64,000 bases of DNA from Eledone cirrhosa (lineage: Eukaryota), in NCBI GenBank assembly GCA_964016885.1, contig CAXHJY010000864.1, positions 1-64,000 of the forward strand, given 5' to 3'. Every line of letters starts with the position of its first letter. Position 1 is the first letter of the stretch. The notes under the pieces were generated by a model. The model did not search any database, was not told the origin of the DNA, and saw only the letters and a list, made by a program, of their open reading frames with translations. The position numbers and the translations under genes are program-made. Positions 61,401-64,000 of the stretch are shown here, in pieces.

Positions 61401-64000
61401 CTGGCAGAAGAAAGAAACAGCCTCGGATCAAACCAAGGACAATGTTTCCATTGGTCTTTCCATTGTTGATACTATCTGCTGGTCACTACTGGCAGAAGAA
61501 AGAAACAGCCTCGGATCAAACCAAGGACAATGTTTCCATTGGTCTTTCCATTGTTGATACTATCTGCTGGTCACTACTGGCAGAAGAAAGAAACAGCCTC
61601 GGATCAAACCAAGGACAATGTTTCCATTGGTCTTTCCATTGTTGATACTATCTGCTGGTCACTACTGGCAGAAGAAAGAAACAGCCTCGGATCAAACCAA
61701 GGACAATGTTTCCATTGGTCTTTCCATTGTTGATACTATCTGCTGGTCACTACTGGCAGAAGAAAGAAACAGCCTCGGATCAAACCAAGGACAATGTTTC
61801 CATTGGTCTTTCCATTGTTGATACTATCTGCTGGTCACTACTGGCAGAAGAAAGAAACAGCCTCGGATCAAACCAAGGACAATGTTTCCATTGGTCTTTC
61901 CATTGTTGATACTATCTGCTGGTCACTACTGGCAGAAGAAAGAAACAGCCTCGGATCAAACCAAGGACAATGTTTCCATTGGTCTTTCCATTGTTGATAC
62001 TATCTGCTGGTCACTACTGGCAGAAGAAAGAAACAGCCTCGGATCAAACCAAGGACAATGTTTCCATTGGTCTTTCCATTGTTGATACTATCTGCTGGTC
62101 ACTACTGGCAGAAGAAAGAAACAGCCTCGGATCAAACCAAGGACAATGTTTCCATTGGTCTTTCCATTGTTGATACTATCTGCTGGTCACTACTGGCAGA
62201 AGAAAGAAACAGCCTCGGATCAAACCAAGGACAATGTTTCCATTGGTCTTTCCATTGTTGATACTATCTGCTGGTCACTACTGGCAGAAGAAAGAAACAG
62301 CCTCGGATCAAACCAAGGACAATGTTTCCATTGGTCTTTCCATTGTTGATACTATCTGCTGGTCACTACTGGCAGAAGAAAGAAACAGCCTCGGATCAAA
62401 CCAAGGACAATGTTTCCATTGGTCTTTCCATTGTTGATACTATCTGCTGGTCACTACTGGCAGAAGAAAGAAACAGCCTCGGATCAAACCAAGGACAATG
62501 TTTCCATTGGTCTTTCCATTGTTGATACTATCTGCTGGTCACTACTGGCAGAAGAAAGAAACAGCCTCGGATCAAACCAAGGACAATGTTTCCATTGGTC
62601 TTTCCATTGTTGATACTATCTGCTGGTCACTACTGGCAGAAGAAAGAAACAGCCTCGGATCAAACCAAGGACAATGTTTCCATTGGTCTTTCCATTGTTG
62701 ATACTATCTGCTGGTCACTACTGGCAGAAGAAAGAAACAGCCTCGGATCAAACCAAGGACAATGTTTCCATTGGTCTTTCCATTGTTGATACTATCTGCT
62801 GGTCACTACTGGCAGAAGAAAGAAACAGCCTCGGATCAAACCAAGGACAATGTTTCCATTGGTCTTTCCATTGTTGATACTATCTGCTGGTCACTACTGG
62901 CAGAAGAAAGAAACAGCCTCGGATCAAACCAAGGACAATGTTTCCATTGGTCTTTCCATTGTTGATACTATCTGCTGGTCACTACTGGCAGAAGAAAGAA
63001 ACAGCCTCGGATCAAACCAAGGACAATGTTTCCATTGGTCTTTCCATTGTTGATACTATCTGCTGGTCACTACTGGCAGAAGAAAGAAACAGCCTCGGAT
63101 CAAACCAAGGACAATGTTTCCATTGGTCTTTCCATTGTTGATACTATCTGCTGGTCACTACTGGCAGAAGAAAGAAACAGCCTCGGATCAAACCAAGGAC
63201 AATGTTTCCATTGGTCTTTCCATTGTTGATACTATCTGCTGGTCACTACTGGCAGAAGAAAGAAACAGCCTCGGATCAAACCAAGGACAATGTTTCCATT
63301 GGTCTTTCCATTGTTGATACTATCTGCTGATCACTACTGGCAGAAGAAAGAAACAGCCTCGGATCAAACCAAGGACAATGTTTCCATTGGTCTTTCCATT
63401 GTTGATACTATCTGCTGGTCACTACTGGCAGAAGAAAGAAACAGCCTCGGATCAAACCAAGGACAATGTTTCCATTGGTCTTTCCATTGTTGATACTATC
63501 TGCTGGTCACTACTGGCAGAAGAAAGAAACAGCCTCGGATCAAACCAAGGACAATGTTTCCATTGGTCTTTCCATTGTTGATACTATCTGCTGGTCACTA
63601 CTGGCAGAAGAAAGAAACAGCCTCGGATCAAACCAAGGACAATGTTTCCATTGGTCTTTCCATTGTTGATACTATCTGCTGATCACTACTGGCAGAAGAA
63701 AGAAACAGCCTCGGATCAAACCAAGGACAATGTTTCCATTGGTCTTTCCATTGTTGATACTATCTGCTGGTCACTACTGGCAGAAGAAAGAAACAGCCTC
63801 GGATCAAACCAAGGACAATGTTTCCATTGGTCTTTCCATTGTTGATACTATCTGCTGGTCACTACTGGCAGAAGAAAGAAACAGCCTCGGATCAAACCAA
63901 GGACACAATGTTTCCATTGGTCTTTCCATTGTTGATACTATCTGCTGGTCACTACTGGCAGAAGAAAGAAACAGCCTCGGATCAAACCAAGGACAATGTT
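58500..64000. repeat. 88/90-bp satellite array running off the window end
   Basis: Diverged units from 58500, mixed 90-bp and shorter units to about 60470, then near-identical 88-bp units. Confidence 0.97.

Overview
Eukaryotic, extremely microsatellite-rich DNA. It is probably intronic or intergenic sequence of an octopus-like cephalopod; this is inferred from the recurrent tRNA-derived SINE, which I recall from octopus genomes, and from the (TA)/(TACA)/(GA) landscape. Almost all ORFs in the supplied track are translations of simple repeats. Real coding remnants are a decayed Tx1/L1-clade LINE (13.6-18.2 kb, +) with four short 3' copies tied to (GATA)n, and a near-complete RTE-clade LINE (23.1-26.2 kb, -) with two in-frame stops. 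The window also has five tRNA-SINE copies plus a fragment, a non-autonomous RTE-like derivative, a hAT MITE whose interior has become a minisatellite, three large satellite arrays and a few candidate short exons. The most notable unexplained structure is a set of 50-250 bp islands in (TA)n tracts. They carry type I hammerhead ribozyme motifs from several unrelated sequence families, some as fold-back palindromes, and share a 3' tail motif (TTGAGTRCT). This resembles a community of TA-targeted, Penelope-like non-autonomous ribozyme retroelements. All structures were read by eye; no folding or database search was run.
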